In this document: one piece after another, positions 18,293-27,734 of the stretch
Layout: each line of letters starts with the position of its first letter
Numbering within the stretch: the stretch's first letter is position 1
IMG/VR virus record: IMGVR_UViG_3300048599_000728
Span: 1-43,985 of that record
Length of the DNA: 43,985 nucleotides
Reading direction: 5' to 3' (one strand)
Source of the DNA: a virus
Taxonomy: Duplodnaviria; Caudoviricetes
The notes under the pieces: model-generated
Told to the model about the DNA's origin: nothing
Databases searched by the model: none
Seen by the model: only the letters and a program-made list of their open reading frames with translations
Translations under genes and position numbers: made by a program

Positions 18293-18897
18293 AGCCACAC
18301 CCTCAGTCCGGACAGATGGTTCCTCGCCGCATTCTGCGCGAGGACGCTGAACCTGTCGCTGTCGAGATACGTCGTCGCCCCAACGTCCTCGACCGTTTCC
18401 GAGCGGATGCCCCCATCGAGTGCGCCTGTCCTGATGCGATCCTGCACGAGCAGAATAATCGCCTCGACAGCTTCCGGCGGGACGGGGCCGGTTCCGCCCG
18501 CTGCGACAGGCTCCCCGTTATATCCGGCCATATAGCGGATGCGATGAACCGGCCTCGAGACCCAGGAAGCTCCTGACTTTGCGATGAGGCAGCCGTCGCC
18601 CTGTCGCCACGTTGAGGGGGCCGCAGTCAATGCGGTCCCTTCGCCATCTTCCGTCACCACGCTGACGATACCAATGAGCGGCGGATACGGCAGGCGGATG
18701 TGCTCGCAGCCGAACCAGCCGTACATTTCGAGCGTCTGCGGCCCAAGCGCACGGCCAAGCCAGCCAGACGGCCCGTCGATCATCCGCGTTGCCGCAGCAA
18801 TGGCACGTGCGACCGCGGCATCGTTCGATGCGTGGCCGCCGGGAATATCACCCGGCGTCACGATTGGCGCGGGCGGGATGATGACGCGCACCGGCAT
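18289..18897 (-). CDS. Head-tail connector (gp6-like)
   Basis: AAATRMIDGPSGWLGRALGPQT, LPYPP, YMAGY and VPPEAVEAIILLV motifs. Confidence 0.8.
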   Translation of the reverse strand: MPVRVIIPPAPIVTPGDIPGGHASNDAAVARAIAAATRMIDGPSGWLGRALGPQTLEMYGWFGCEHIRLPYPPLIGIVSVVTEDGEGTALTAAPSTWRQGDGCLIAKSGASWVSRPVHRIRYMAGYNGEPVAAGGTGPVPPEAVEAIILLVQDRIRTGALDGGIRSETVEDVGATTYLDSDRFSVLAQNAARNHLSGLRVWL

Positions 18898-18900
18898 AGA

Positions 18901-19170
18901 TCAGGCCTTCCTCTCGGCCGCCTTCTTCGCCTCGGCTTCCGCCTTGGCCCGGGCGTCCTGATCGGCCTTTGCCTTGGTCTCGGCCGCCTTCTCGGCGTCG
19001 GCTTCGGCAGCCGCAGCAGCATCGATGGCCGCTTCCGGGAGGCATCCGGCCGCGACGAGGTGCCGCGCGCCGACAACGGACGGAGCCGGGTCGAATACTT
19101 CGCCGGGCTTGAAACGCTTGCCGGTGCGCACATCGACACATTCGGCCAGCACGGTGAGAGCTTTGCTCAT
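18901..19170 (-). CDS. Small hypothetical protein with Ala/Lys/Glu-rich tail
   Basis: ORF in the head operon after GGAG; start could be 19170-19185. Confidence 0.6.
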   Translation of the reverse strand: MSKALTVLAECVDVRTGKRFKPGEVFDPAPSVVGARHLVAAGCLPEAAIDAAAAAEADAEKAAETKAKADQDARAKAEAEAKKAAERKA

Positions 19171-19221
19171 GATCTTCATCTCCATGGAAGGGGAAGGCCC
19201 GCCATGAGGCGGGCCCGGCGA

Positions 19222-19641
19222 TCAGGCCGCAGGCCAGTAACGGGCGCTCGAAAGCACCGCGAGCGCGGTCACGAAGATGTTGCCGGAATCGTTGCCGCTG
19301 GGCGTGATGGTGAGGCGGACGAACCGCTTCGGGCCGACATACCCGATCTTGCGCGTCGAGTTGTCGTCATCGGCCGCCGTGAAGCTCGCATCGGCTTCCG
19401 AGCCGGTGAGCTGCGCATCCGGTACAGCCTGCGCGTCGGACAGGTTGGCGGCATCACCGTGCTCGACGAGCACCGCAAACGTCGCGTTGGTGTCGGTGTT
19501 CGCGCCGATGTTGATGGCGAAGCACATCTTCTCGAAGCCGCCGAGATCGATGATCTGCGACACGATCGCGGTGTTGTCGGTGCGAGCTGCCTGAGGGCTG
19601 ATCGCGCGCCTGAAGGTGAGGTGATTGGCGAGGTCGCGCAT
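19222..19641 (-). CDS. Putative capsid decoration/cement protein
   Basis: AGGAG RBS, directly after the capsid gene; beta-sandwich pattern ending GYVGPKRFVRLTIT. Confidence 0.65.
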   Translation of the reverse strand: MRDLANHLTFRRAISPQAARTDNTAIVSQIIDLGGFEKMCFAINIGANTDTNATFAVLVEHGDAANLSDAQAVPDAQLTGSEADASFTAADDDNSTRKIGYVGPKRFVRLTITPSGNDSGNIFVTALAVLSSARYWPAA

Positions 19642-19716
19642 GGCGAACTCCTTTCGGGGACAGGATAGCGGGAAGGGTGGAACGGGCCAGCCGAGGCCAG
19701 CCCGTCAAATGACCGG

Positions 19717-21015
19717 TCAGCCGCCGGACGGAACGTCGAGGGCGACGAAGGGCGACACCTCGTAGCCGTTCTCTTCCTTGAACGGCGCGTGCATCCACGG
19801 CGCACCGTCGACGTTCCAGAAGACCTTGATCACCGTCTTGTTCGAGGTGAACTTGACGTGCTCCGAGGCCGCGACGAACGGGCCGGAGCCGTCCTTGATC
19901 AGGTAGTACGACCAGTCGGCGAGCAGGATGTCACCCTTGCTGCCCAGCGCCGGCGCGCGATTGTTCCACCTTGCCGGATAGCCGAGCAACGTACCGGCAA
20001 AACCGTCACGAGCATTGGCCTGCCAGATGAGATTGTTGTTCTCGTCTTTCAGCTTGGCGATCTGCGGCAGGGCGCCCTGCGGAATGGACCACACAGGCGA
20101 CCCGCCCCGCATCAACAGGACCGCGACCATGTTGACGAGGTCGGTGTAACTGATCTGGTTGCTGACGGCCCTGTTCACCACCTTCAGCACCGGGGCGTTG
20201 AGCGCGCCGAGCGGCTGGCCGTTGCCGGTGCCGCGCAGGAACGCGTAGTCCTCAGCCGCCGAGACGCCGCCCCGCATCAGGTTCTCGAGGAAGGACGCCG
20301 AAGCCTGCCAGTTGCGCAGCAGCTTGTCGGTGACCGTGACGAAACCGGCAATCTCGTGCGGGACGAGCGAGACTCCGCGCAGTTCGGCATCGGTCTCCGG
20401 CTTATCGCCGCCTTCTTCGATCCACGAGAAGGTCATGCCGCCGAAGACGTTGCCGGGATTGTCGCCACTCTGGTCGAGTGCCGGCATGGTGATGCCGGCA
20501 TCGGGCGGCGACCCTGCGGGGATGACGCTGGCCCGCGGACGAACCAGCGCATCCTGCGGCGAAACGCTCATGATCGTCGGTCTGAACTGCGTCGGGACCA
20601 TGAACCCGCCCTGGCGGTCGTTGTCCATGCGCATCTCCGCGCGCAGGCCGTTTTCATCGGTCTCGGCGCCGACGCCTTCGACGAACTCAAGACGCTGATC
20701 GGACGGCCTGAAGCGGACGGCACTCAGGAACTCGCCGAGCGATTCAAACTCGCGTGCAGCGGGATCGCCGCCAGGGCGCTGGATGGCAGCGCGACGAGAC
20801 GCCGCCGGAATGACCGCGTCAAGGGTCGCCTCGGAGGCCTCGACGCCCTCCAGGCGATCGATGCGCCGGTCGAGATCGTCCTTGGATGCCTTCGCGGCGT
20901 CGAAGGTTTCCTGTTCCTCGGCGGTGAGGTCGCGATCTTCGCCCTCGGCCGTTTCAATGATACCGCGCATCTCGGCGACGAGCTTCGCGCGCTTCTCTCG
21001 GAGTTGCTTCAGCAT
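19717..21015 (-). CDS. Major capsid protein, HK97 fold
   Basis: N-terminal coiled-coil delta domain; GGFMVP, WIEEG, AFLRGTGNGQPLG, TLLGYP motifs. Confidence 0.95.
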   Translation of the reverse strand: MLKQLREKRAKLVAEMRGIIETAEGEDRDLTAEEQETFDAAKASKDDLDRRIDRLEGVEASEATLDAVIPAASRRAAIQRPGGDPAAREFESLGEFLSAVRFRPSDQRLEFVEGVGAETDENGLRAEMRMDNDRQGGFMVPTQFRPTIMSVSPQDALVRPRASVIPAGSPPDAGITMPALDQSGDNPGNVFGGMTFSWIEEGGDKPETDAELRGVSLVPHEIAGFVTVTDKLLRNWQASASFLENLMRGGVSAAEDYAFLRGTGNGQPLGALNAPVLKVVNRAVSNQISYTDLVNMVAVLLMRGGSPVWSIPQGALPQIAKLKDENNNLIWQANARDGFAGTLLGYPARWNNRAPALGSKGDILLADWSYYLIKDGSGPFVAASEHVKFTSNKTVIKVFWNVDGAPWMHAPFKEENGYEVSPFVALDVPSGG

Positions 21016-21111
21016 GGATTGTCCTTTCGGGTTGCTGAACGCCGGATACGATTTCGCATCGCCCGAGCCGGCCCCCGGAGCGCGATCCTGATCCGTCGAT
21101 GACGGGAATGA

Positions 21112-22014
21112 TTAGAGGGCGAGCGCCCGTTTCTCGCGGGCAGCAGCGAAAGCACGACGACGCTCAGGCGACGGCTCAGCCGCCGCACCGAACCGCGCCA
21201 GAGTTTCCTCCAGTGTGGCGATGCTATCCGCCATGCCGCGTGCGACCGCATCGGCGGCCATGACCATGCGACCCTTGCCGAAGCTATCGCGCACCGTCGT
21301 CGGGCTGACATTGCGATTGCGAGCAACAGCGCGGACGAACTGGTCATGATATGCGTCGATGCGCTCCTGTTGGTGCTGGCGGGCTTCGTCGCTCAGCGGC
21401 AGGAATGACGCCATTTCACCCTTGTATTCGCCAGCCGTCATCAGTGTGCGCTTTACGCCCGCCTTTTCCAGCGCTGCGCTGACATCGTCATGCACGCCGA
21501 TCACACCAATTGAGCCAACCTCGGCTGACGGATTGAGAACCATCTCATCAGCGGCGGTCGCGATCCAATAGGCAGCGCTCGCGGCCTGCGGGTTCACATG
21601 CGCGATGATGGGTTTCTTGCCGCGCGCCGCGAAAATCTTGGCCGAAAGCTCATCGGTGCCGGAAACCACGCCGCCGGGACTGTCGACGTCGATCACGATC
21701 GCCTTGACGCCGCTGTCGGCAACCGCGGCATCAAGCGCCTTGCCGAAGCCTTCCGAACTGGTGCCGCCCGAGATGTCAGACATCAGGTTCATTCGGTTGG
21801 CAATGACGCCGCGCAGCGGCAGGATGGCGATCGCACCCTCGCGCCGGGCAACGTCGCGCTCGGTTTGGCGCGAAATGCGCGCCTGCAACTCTGCGGCCGA
21901 CAACTTCTCGCCCTCTGCCTGGAGCGCCAGGAAGGCAACGATCTGTTCCAGCTTGTGCTCATCAATCGCCCATATCTCCGAGGCGACAGCGAGCAGGATG
22001 TTCGCATATTTCAT
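21112..22014 (-). CDS. Prohead protease, S49/SppA family
   Basis: DVDSPGG, AASAAYWIA, VGSIGV, AGEYK motifs. Confidence 0.93.
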   Translation of the reverse strand: MKYANILLAVASEIWAIDEHKLEQIVAFLALQAEGEKLSAAELQARISRQTERDVARREGAIAILPLRGVIANRMNLMSDISGGTSSEGFGKALDAAVADSGVKAIVIDVDSPGGVVSGTDELSAKIFAARGKKPIIAHVNPQAASAAYWIATAADEMVLNPSAEVGSIGVIGVHDDVSAALEKAGVKRTLMTAGEYKGEMASFLPLSDEARQHQQERIDAYHDQFVRAVARNRNVSPTTVRDSFGKGRMVMAADAVARGMADSIATLEETLARFGAAAEPSPERRRAFAAAREKRALAL

Positions 22015-23378
22015 GCCACGTCCCTTTCCGCGCGTTCATCTGCTTCCCGCTCTTCGGGATCGTCACTGCGGGTTGCTGCGGATCCGCCCGTAGGCTGGTA
22101 GTTCGGATCGGTCGCCCGCTTCAGCGTGACCATGTTCGCCGGCACGAAATGCTCATCGCCTTCGGGGCCGATAGGGTCCTCGTCCTCAAGCTGGAGGATA
22201 CGGTTCGGCGAGAAACCTCCGACCATGAAAATCTTGTTGTAGAACTCGGCGCGCGTCTTCTGATCGCCACGCAGGATCGCGTTCATGTTGAACTTGACGT
22301 AGTAGCCTTGCTCCCGCTCTTCCTCGGTGAAGAGCTTCCAGTTCAGCTCCTGCTCCCACGCATCGACCCACGGCCCGACCGTGCTGCGGACGAACCCGAT
22401 CATGAGCTGTTCGATGCCGGAACCCCACGAAGTGGTCTTCTCGTGGCTCTGGAGAAGAACGAGCGGCACGTCGAAGATGCGGGCAATCTCGGCAATCTGG
22501 AACTCCCGGGTTCCAAGGAACTGCGCATCCTCCGGCGGAATCGTCGTCTGGATGAACTTCATGCCCTCTTCGAGCACCTTGACGCGGTGCGCGTTGTCGA
22601 GGCCGCCCTGTTCTTCCAGACGCGATGCCGGATTCTCCGGATTCGTCTTCCGCTCACCGCCGGCGCCGGTCAGGTTCGCCTGCGCCTTCGGACCTAGTCG
22701 GCCCGGATGGAGGAGAAAGCCGCCCGACTTCGCATCGTTCGCAAAGAACTTGCCGCCAAAGGTCTCCGTCGCCAGCCCCATCGCGACGGCCTCGCGAGCC
22801 ATGGCTATCTGCGAGACACCAACATAACCGTCCTGCGACTGATCCATGATATGGATGACATTGTCGGGATCGAGATCGACCTTTCGCCCGTCGATCGATG
22901 TGCGAAACCAGTGATCGCCATTCTGCCGCACCGGCGCTGTCCGATCTGGAAGTAGCGGATATAGCCCGACCGACTGACCGCGGCCGTTACGCTCGATCTC
23001 GATGTAGCCATTCCCCCAGAGCAGCGCGTGCGCCTGGCTGGTCTTGCGCACTGTACGCGATGACATCAGGTCGTTCGGCCTCACCGACAGGCGACCGGCG
23101 AAAGGGTGTCTTCCGCGACCGGTCCCGGGCTGGACGACTTCTTTCCCGCCACCGTCGCGCGTCCGGTACATTCTGAGCGGAAACCATGCCACCGGATTGG
23201 AGATGCGGTTCACGCAGGCATAGACCACGGGCAGCTTGAGCGCCCCGAACTCGGAGACCGCGATGCCGGTGTTCGTCTTGCCTCCGATCGCCCGCATGAG
23301 CCAACCGCCCGGCGACGAGAAGCTGCCCGCTTCCGAATAGGTCGGCGGGCCGAAGATGCTTGCCAGAATGCCCATCAT
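22011..23378 (-). CDS. Portal protein (HK97 family)
   Basis: VYACVNRIS, LLWGNGY, VLEEGMKF, QFLGTR...EIARIFDVP motifs. Confidence 0.95.
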   Translation of the reverse strand: MMGILASIFGPPTYSEAGSFSSPGGWLMRAIGGKTNTGIAVSEFGALKLPVVYACVNRISNPVAWFPLRMYRTRDGGGKEVVQPGTGRGRHPFAGRLSVRPNDLMSSRTVRKTSQAHALLWGNGYIEIERNGRGQSVGLYPLLPDRTAPVRQNGDHWFRTSIDGRKVDLDPDNVIHIMDQSQDGYVGVSQIAMAREAVAMGLATETFGGKFFANDAKSGGFLLHPGRLGPKAQANLTGAGGERKTNPENPASRLEEQGGLDNAHRVKVLEEGMKFIQTTIPPEDAQFLGTREFQIAEIARIFDVPLVLLQSHEKTTSWGSGIEQLMIGFVRSTVGPWVDAWEQELNWKLFTEEEREQGYYVKFNMNAILRGDQKTRAEFYNKIFMVGGFSPNRILQLEDEDPIGPEGDEHFVPANMVTLKRATDPNYQPTGGSAATRSDDPEEREADERAERDVA

Positions 23379-23518
23379 CGCCTCGCAGCCAGTACCGCGC
23401 CACACAGGAGGATCACGCCGCACACGATCAGGGCTGACGGCACATGCATCATTCCCACACCAACCGTGACGAGGCATACGCCGACCGAGCCGGCGAGATC
23501 GCGGAGGTCAAAGCTCAT
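23375..23518 (-). CDS. Small two-TM protein between terL and portal (47 aa; not in the ORF track)
   Basis: Hand translation MSFDLRDLAGSVGVCLVTVGVGMMHVPSALIVCGVILLCGAVLAARR*; coupled at both ends (TGATG, ATGA). Confidence 0.75.
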   Translation of the reverse strand: MSFDLRDLAGSVGVCLVTVGVGMMHVPSALIVCGVILLCGAVLAARR

Positions 23519-25173
23519 CAAATTTCTATCTCCACGATGCCGCGCGTCTCATATACCGATGCAGGATCCTCGCCGCGGAACATCATGCCTATAGCCATGA
23601 TAAGCGCCACGATCCCGTCGATCTTTTCAGACGACCGGCTTTTCGATGGCTTGATGTTGCCCGCATCATCCTGACGGTAGCCGACATGGTCTATCTGCCA
23701 ACGCATGCAGGGATGACCGCCTGCATCGAGCTTCGCAGCAAGCGCCAGCCGCTCGAAATCCTTGGACGGCTGCGACATCGAAATGAAGCCCTGCCCGAAG
23801 AACTCCACCGGAACACCATACTCGGCAAGGATCACACCGGTCTCGTGTCCCTGAAACAGCCGATCGACAGCAAGCGCCTGAACGTCATAGAGGTTGCTGT
23901 CACGCATCACTTGTTGTCGGATGGCTGAATAGTCGACGCTATTGCCCTCGGTCGGCCTGATTGCCCCGGAATCTGCCCAGGATGAGTACCCGACGCGGTC
24001 ACGGCGACTGCGTAACTCAATCGTATCGGCCGGAACCCAAAGGCGCGGCAGGATCACGTAGCGTTCATCTTCCGTCTCGGGCGGGAACACCCAAACGAGC
24101 GCAGTGAGATCACTGGTCGACGAAAGGTCGAGTCCGCCGAAGCATCGACGGCCGGCCATCTCGTTCTCGACGCGCCTCCATCGATCCTTGTCCGGTGCTC
24201 CGGCATCCCATCTGTCGATGGGTATCCACCGCTCCGCCGTGCCGACCCATTGGTTAAGATAGTAGCGGCGAAAATCCGCCTCGAGCCGGGGGCTATCCTT
24301 TGCCTTGGCACATTCGTCGCGCAGGAACCGCAGTGTCGGGGATACGCCAAGATTAGGACTGGCCTTTCGCCAAGATGCTTCGTCGGTCCAGTCGTCCTCA
24401 GGGTCAGCCGCGAATATGACAACCAGTGTATCTGTAGCGTCTATGTCGCCCGCTTCGATACGGCGGCATTCGTCGAAGATGACCTCGCCGTGCCCCCTCC
24501 CCTTCAGGCCAGCCGTCGACGCAAGCAGCTCGATTGGCTGATCGCGCGCCGACGTCGATTGGTGCAGCGTGTTAAGCAACTCGCCGTCACGCCATTCATG
24601 AATCTCATCCCCGGCAATAACCGAGGCGGAGAGGCCGTGCTTACCGACTGGTTTGCCAGATAGCGGTACGAATTTCGCACGCAGGCTCGGCGCATAGAGT
24701 GAATCAGCCTGAGGTGTGATCTCCTTGCTCAGCACAGGGGACAGGGTGACCATTGTCTTCGCCTTGTCGAAAACGATGCGAGCCTGATCCTCCGACGATG
24801 CGAAAGCATAGGCCTGACCGCCAAACTCGCCGTCAACCAGGAAGAACGCGAGCGCGAGAGCGGCCATGAATTCGCTTTTGCCGTTCTTGCGCGCAATCCA
24901 GAGGATCAGGCGCCGGTAAAGCCGAAACCCATCCGGTAGCTTCCACCCGAAAAGCATCCGAACGATGGCTGCCTGCCACTCAGTCAGGACGAAAGGCTTG
25001 CCCCCCCATCGGCCCTCGGTATGGCGGAACCAATCCGGCCACTTCGCGACAATGCGCTCGGCGAGACCCCCATCGAACCACGCCCCTTGAACCGCTTGCG
25101 CTTTCTCCCACTCACGGCGCACGAACTCAAAACCATGCGCGACAGCATCGTCCACCCAGTGCGGAAACTGCAT
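23518..25173 (-). CDS. terL: Terminase large subunit
   Basis: Walker A ARKNGKS, Walker B IAGDEIHE, nuclease motifs GLDLSSTSD and KIDG. Confidence 0.96.
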   Translation of the reverse strand: MQFPHWVDDAVAHGFEFVRREWEKAQAVQGAWFDGGLAERIVAKWPDWFRHTEGRWGGKPFVLTEWQAAIVRMLFGWKLPDGFRLYRRLILWIARKNGKSEFMAALALAFFLVDGEFGGQAYAFASSEDQARIVFDKAKTMVTLSPVLSKEITPQADSLYAPSLRAKFVPLSGKPVGKHGLSASVIAGDEIHEWRDGELLNTLHQSTSARDQPIELLASTAGLKGRGHGEVIFDECRRIEAGDIDATDTLVVIFAADPEDDWTDEASWRKASPNLGVSPTLRFLRDECAKAKDSPRLEADFRRYYLNQWVGTAERWIPIDRWDAGAPDKDRWRRVENEMAGRRCFGGLDLSSTSDLTALVWVFPPETEDERYVILPRLWVPADTIELRSRRDRVGYSSWADSGAIRPTEGNSVDYSAIRQQVMRDSNLYDVQALAVDRLFQGHETGVILAEYGVPVEFFGQGFISMSQPSKDFERLALAAKLDAGGHPCMRWQIDHVGYRQDDAGNIKPSKSRSSEKIDGIVALIMAIGMMFRGEDPASVYETRGIVEIEI

Positions 25174-25180
25174 GTCACTA

Positions 25181-25786
25181 TCAGTTCATCTTGGCCGGTG
25201 GCGGTGTCGCGTTGCGAGCAGCGAAGCCCGTCATCTCGTTTGGATCATCACCGGTGCTGTCCTGCATTCTGTCCGGGGCCGCACCATCTCCGAACAACGC
25301 GCCGGTCGGAGCGCCGGTGCCAACCATCTCACGGATCAGCTTATGCCGGTCGAGCGGTGTCAGGCCAAACTTGCTGGCAAGATCGAAAACAATCTTGGCT
25401 GCATCGTCGCGATGGCGAACGGATGGATGATCGCGAAGCATGAACCCGCCCGCCACCGTCTTCACCTTCTGCGTCTCACCGTCCTGCGCCAGCCTTGCCA
25501 CCGCCGACCAGAAACGATCAAGGTAATAGCAAAACATCGCGAGGGCATGGCGGTCTAGGCGGTCGAGCAAATTCCTCTTGGTCAGGATAGGTGCATACTC
25601 GTTCCAGATGCGGATCGCCCCGGCGAACTCCTCGAGGCCGAATATCACAGGCGGTGATAGCGGGTCGGATGTTGACGGTGGAGCTTCAGCGAGGATCTTG
25701 ACGCGATCCATAACCGACTGCTTGCGGCGCTTCCCCGGATTTCCCTTCTCGGCCTGACTCACCGCATCCCTACGTCGACCACGCAT
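25181..25786 (-). CDS. terS: Terminase small subunit (P27-like)
   Basis: MRGRR...GNPGKR, LDRHALAMFC, HP and FGLTPLDR motifs; upstream of terL. Confidence 0.9.
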   Translation of the reverse strand: MRGRRRDAVSQAEKGNPGKRRKQSVMDRVKILAEAPPSTSDPLSPPVIFGLEEFAGAIRIWNEYAPILTKRNLLDRLDRHALAMFCYYLDRFWSAVARLAQDGETQKVKTVAGGFMLRDHPSVRHRDDAAKIVFDLASKFGLTPLDRHKLIREMVGTGAPTGALFGDGAAPDRMQDSTGDDPNEMTGFAARNATPPPAKMN

Positions 25787-25819
25787 CGCCCTGCCTTTCC
25801 TCTGATCGCGATGGCGTTG

Positions 25820-25920
25820 CCAAAAAAAAGTTCTCGCGAATTATGCGGCCAAAAATCCGATACCCCCCAGCGGTCTAGGCCCCAGACCCTCCAGACTTTT
25901 GACCCCCCTACCCCTTCTGT
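25820..25920 (-). other. Candidate cos/packaging site
   Basis: Non-coding gap between HNH and terS with GGGGTAGGGGGGTCAAAAGT...AGACCGCTGGGGGG and T-tracts; the usual cos position in HK97-like phages. Confidence 0.55.
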
Positions 25921-25955
25921 GAAACAACGATGTTTCACGCAACATTATTGCGCAC

Positions 25956-26300
25956 TCACCGATAGCGACCAGCCATCTCTTCCCGTTGCTTTACACTCGA
26001 ATGACACCGCCATGGCGGCTCATCACAAAGCGACTGAAGTGGCTGGTTCCAGAAGAGATCGTAATGGCCGCGATGCGGTATAGGATGGTCAGCAACAGTA
26101 GCCACCGTGATGCGTCCCGCCTTACGGCAGATTGTGCAAAGGGGTTCGGCTACCAACTGAGCATCGCGCTTCTTCTGCCATGCCGATGTTTTGTACCATG
26201 CTCGCCATGGCTGCGCATCGCGATCGCGATCATATGCGCGGCGTCGTTCTTTATGGTCCGCCTCACCCCTCGACCGATAGGTTGGAGGTACCCGCGGCAT
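25956..26300 (-). CDS. Terminase-associated HNH endonuclease
   Basis: WYKTSAW, EPLCTIC, ATVADH, QSLC..CHS; HK97 gp74-like position. Confidence 0.88.
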   Translation of the reverse strand: MPRVPPTYRSRGEADHKERRRAYDRDRDAQPWRAWYKTSAWQKKRDAQLVAEPLCTICRKAGRITVATVADHPIPHRGHYDLFWNQPLQSLCDEPPWRCHSSVKQREEMAGRYR

Positions 26301-26320
26301 GGCCGTCCCCGCAAACGCGA

Positions 26321-26399
26321 AGCGCCGCCTCGTTTCCGAAGCGGCGCTCGTTCTTTTCATCTGTGACAAGTGATGCTCCAAATCATTGCCGCATGTCAA
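26321..26399 (-). promoter_or_regulatory. Candidate late promoter plus attenuator hairpin (pR'/tR'-like)
   Basis: TTGACA at 26399-26394 overlapping the regulator stop; hairpin AGCGCCGC...GCGGCGCT 26321-26348 before the first late gene; -10 weak. Confidence 0.55.
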
Positions 26400-27397
26400 G
26401 CCCCTCGTGCGGCGATCTTCTCCAGATTTGCAAACCATCGGGGGAACCGGCGACGGAACGCCTCCCGTACCACTGCCTGCTCACCTGCCCTGATAGCCGC
26501 TTCCGCGACCAGATCGGGCAGAACGCGTGTTGCAACCGTCTCCCATGGTCGCACCGGCACTGCAGTCGGCAACATGGCGATCTCAAGCAGGCTTCCCGCC
26601 ACCATCTCATACACAATCACGAGTGCTGACAGCCATATCTCGTGCTCGGCGCGCGCGATAATCGCGCCAACCGGATCAGGATCGAGATACTGCCGTCGAT
26701 ACGCGTCGGGCATCGGATAGCCGCGCTTGTCGAGCCCGTTCACCTCGATCATCTCCGGCCTTGTCTCGTCCGTTCCGTCCGGCAGCTTCCGCCCGGTCAG
26801 CGTATGGACCATGCGCCGAACGAACCAGCGGTCCTTGCCATTCCCGTTGCGCTCCGTCTCCATCGTCACGCTGTCGAGCTCCATGCCGTCGAGATCGGCA
26901 CCCATGATCGCACGACACACGACAAGGTCGGAAGGCTTCAGGCGCAAGACCGTATTTCCACCCAGCGTCGAAGTCATCTTGCGCCATGCCTCGCTGACAG
27001 CCTTGGCGCCGAGCCCCCCAAACGCGTCAAGCTCGGGGGCAGGATTCCAGCCCTCCGGCATCGTCAGTTCGACGTCATCGAGCGCGCGAACCGCCGCGCC
27101 GATCTCGACGGCGTCGGGATGAGGCATACTGGTCGCCGAGAAATCAGGAACGCACCCCCACTGGTTCACGCCATGCAGCTCGACCAGCGACAGATATTCC
27201 ATGAACCGGCTCGTGGCCGCATAGCCGCTGGCCATTGCCATTGGCCTGTCGATCTTCGGCGCTTTCGGCAACTCCTCACGGAATGCCCAGCTGATCACGT
27301 CCTCAACCGGCCCGCACAGCCGCCCGTCAGCGCTTCGGCGCAGCGGCCTGGCCGTGCTTGTCACTATTCCGGCACTACCGGCACTGTTTTTCCTCAT
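26396..27397 (-). CDS. Putative late-gene transcriptional regulator (Q position)
   Basis: GAGGAG RBS; ISWAFREELPK, PHPDA and RAEHEIWLSAL motifs; last gene before the late promoter. Confidence 0.6.
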   Translation of the reverse strand: MRKNSAGSAGIVTSTARPLRRSADGRLCGPVEDVISWAFREELPKAPKIDRPMAMASGYAATSRFMEYLSLVELHGVNQWGCVPDFSATSMPHPDAVEIGAAVRALDDVELTMPEGWNPAPELDAFGGLGAKAVSEAWRKMTSTLGGNTVLRLKPSDLVVCRAIMGADLDGMELDSVTMETERNGNGKDRWFVRRMVHTLTGRKLPDGTDETRPEMIEVNGLDKRGYPMPDAYRRQYLDPDPVGAIIARAEHEIWLSALVIVYEMVAGSLLEIAMLPTAVPVRPWETVATRVLPDLVAEAAIRAGEQAVVREAFRRRFPRWFANLEKIAARGA

Positions 27398-27660
27398 CAG
27401 CACTCTCCTCATATCTTTTAAGTTTCTGCTTTCGCAGGAGAAAATATCAGGAAGGAAAGGAAGTGCAGGAAGTGCATGAAATCCCGGATAACGCATATGA
27501 CCGAGCGCAACCCCCTATCCCCTTTTTTATCACGCGCGCATGCGTTACTCGCCAAGCACCTGCACTATCGGCACTTCCTGCCTAATCACCCGTTTTCCCT
27601 ATCCCTTTCGAAGTGCAGCAAACGAGCTGGGAAAGCCGCACCGGCACTTCCGGCCCTGAA
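27365..27660. repeat. Iteron-like 9-bp tandem repeats GCACT(T/A)CC(G/T), candidate replication origin
   Basis: Clusters at ~27369-27385, 27459-27476 (inverted), 27556-27582 and 27638-27657, around A/T tracts. Confidence 0.5.
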
Positions 27661-27734
27661 AGTGGGAGAGTGCGCGCAAGTGCGGGGCGGATCGGACAAC
27701 GCGCAAAAGCTGAGAAACGGGGATGGGGCCGACG

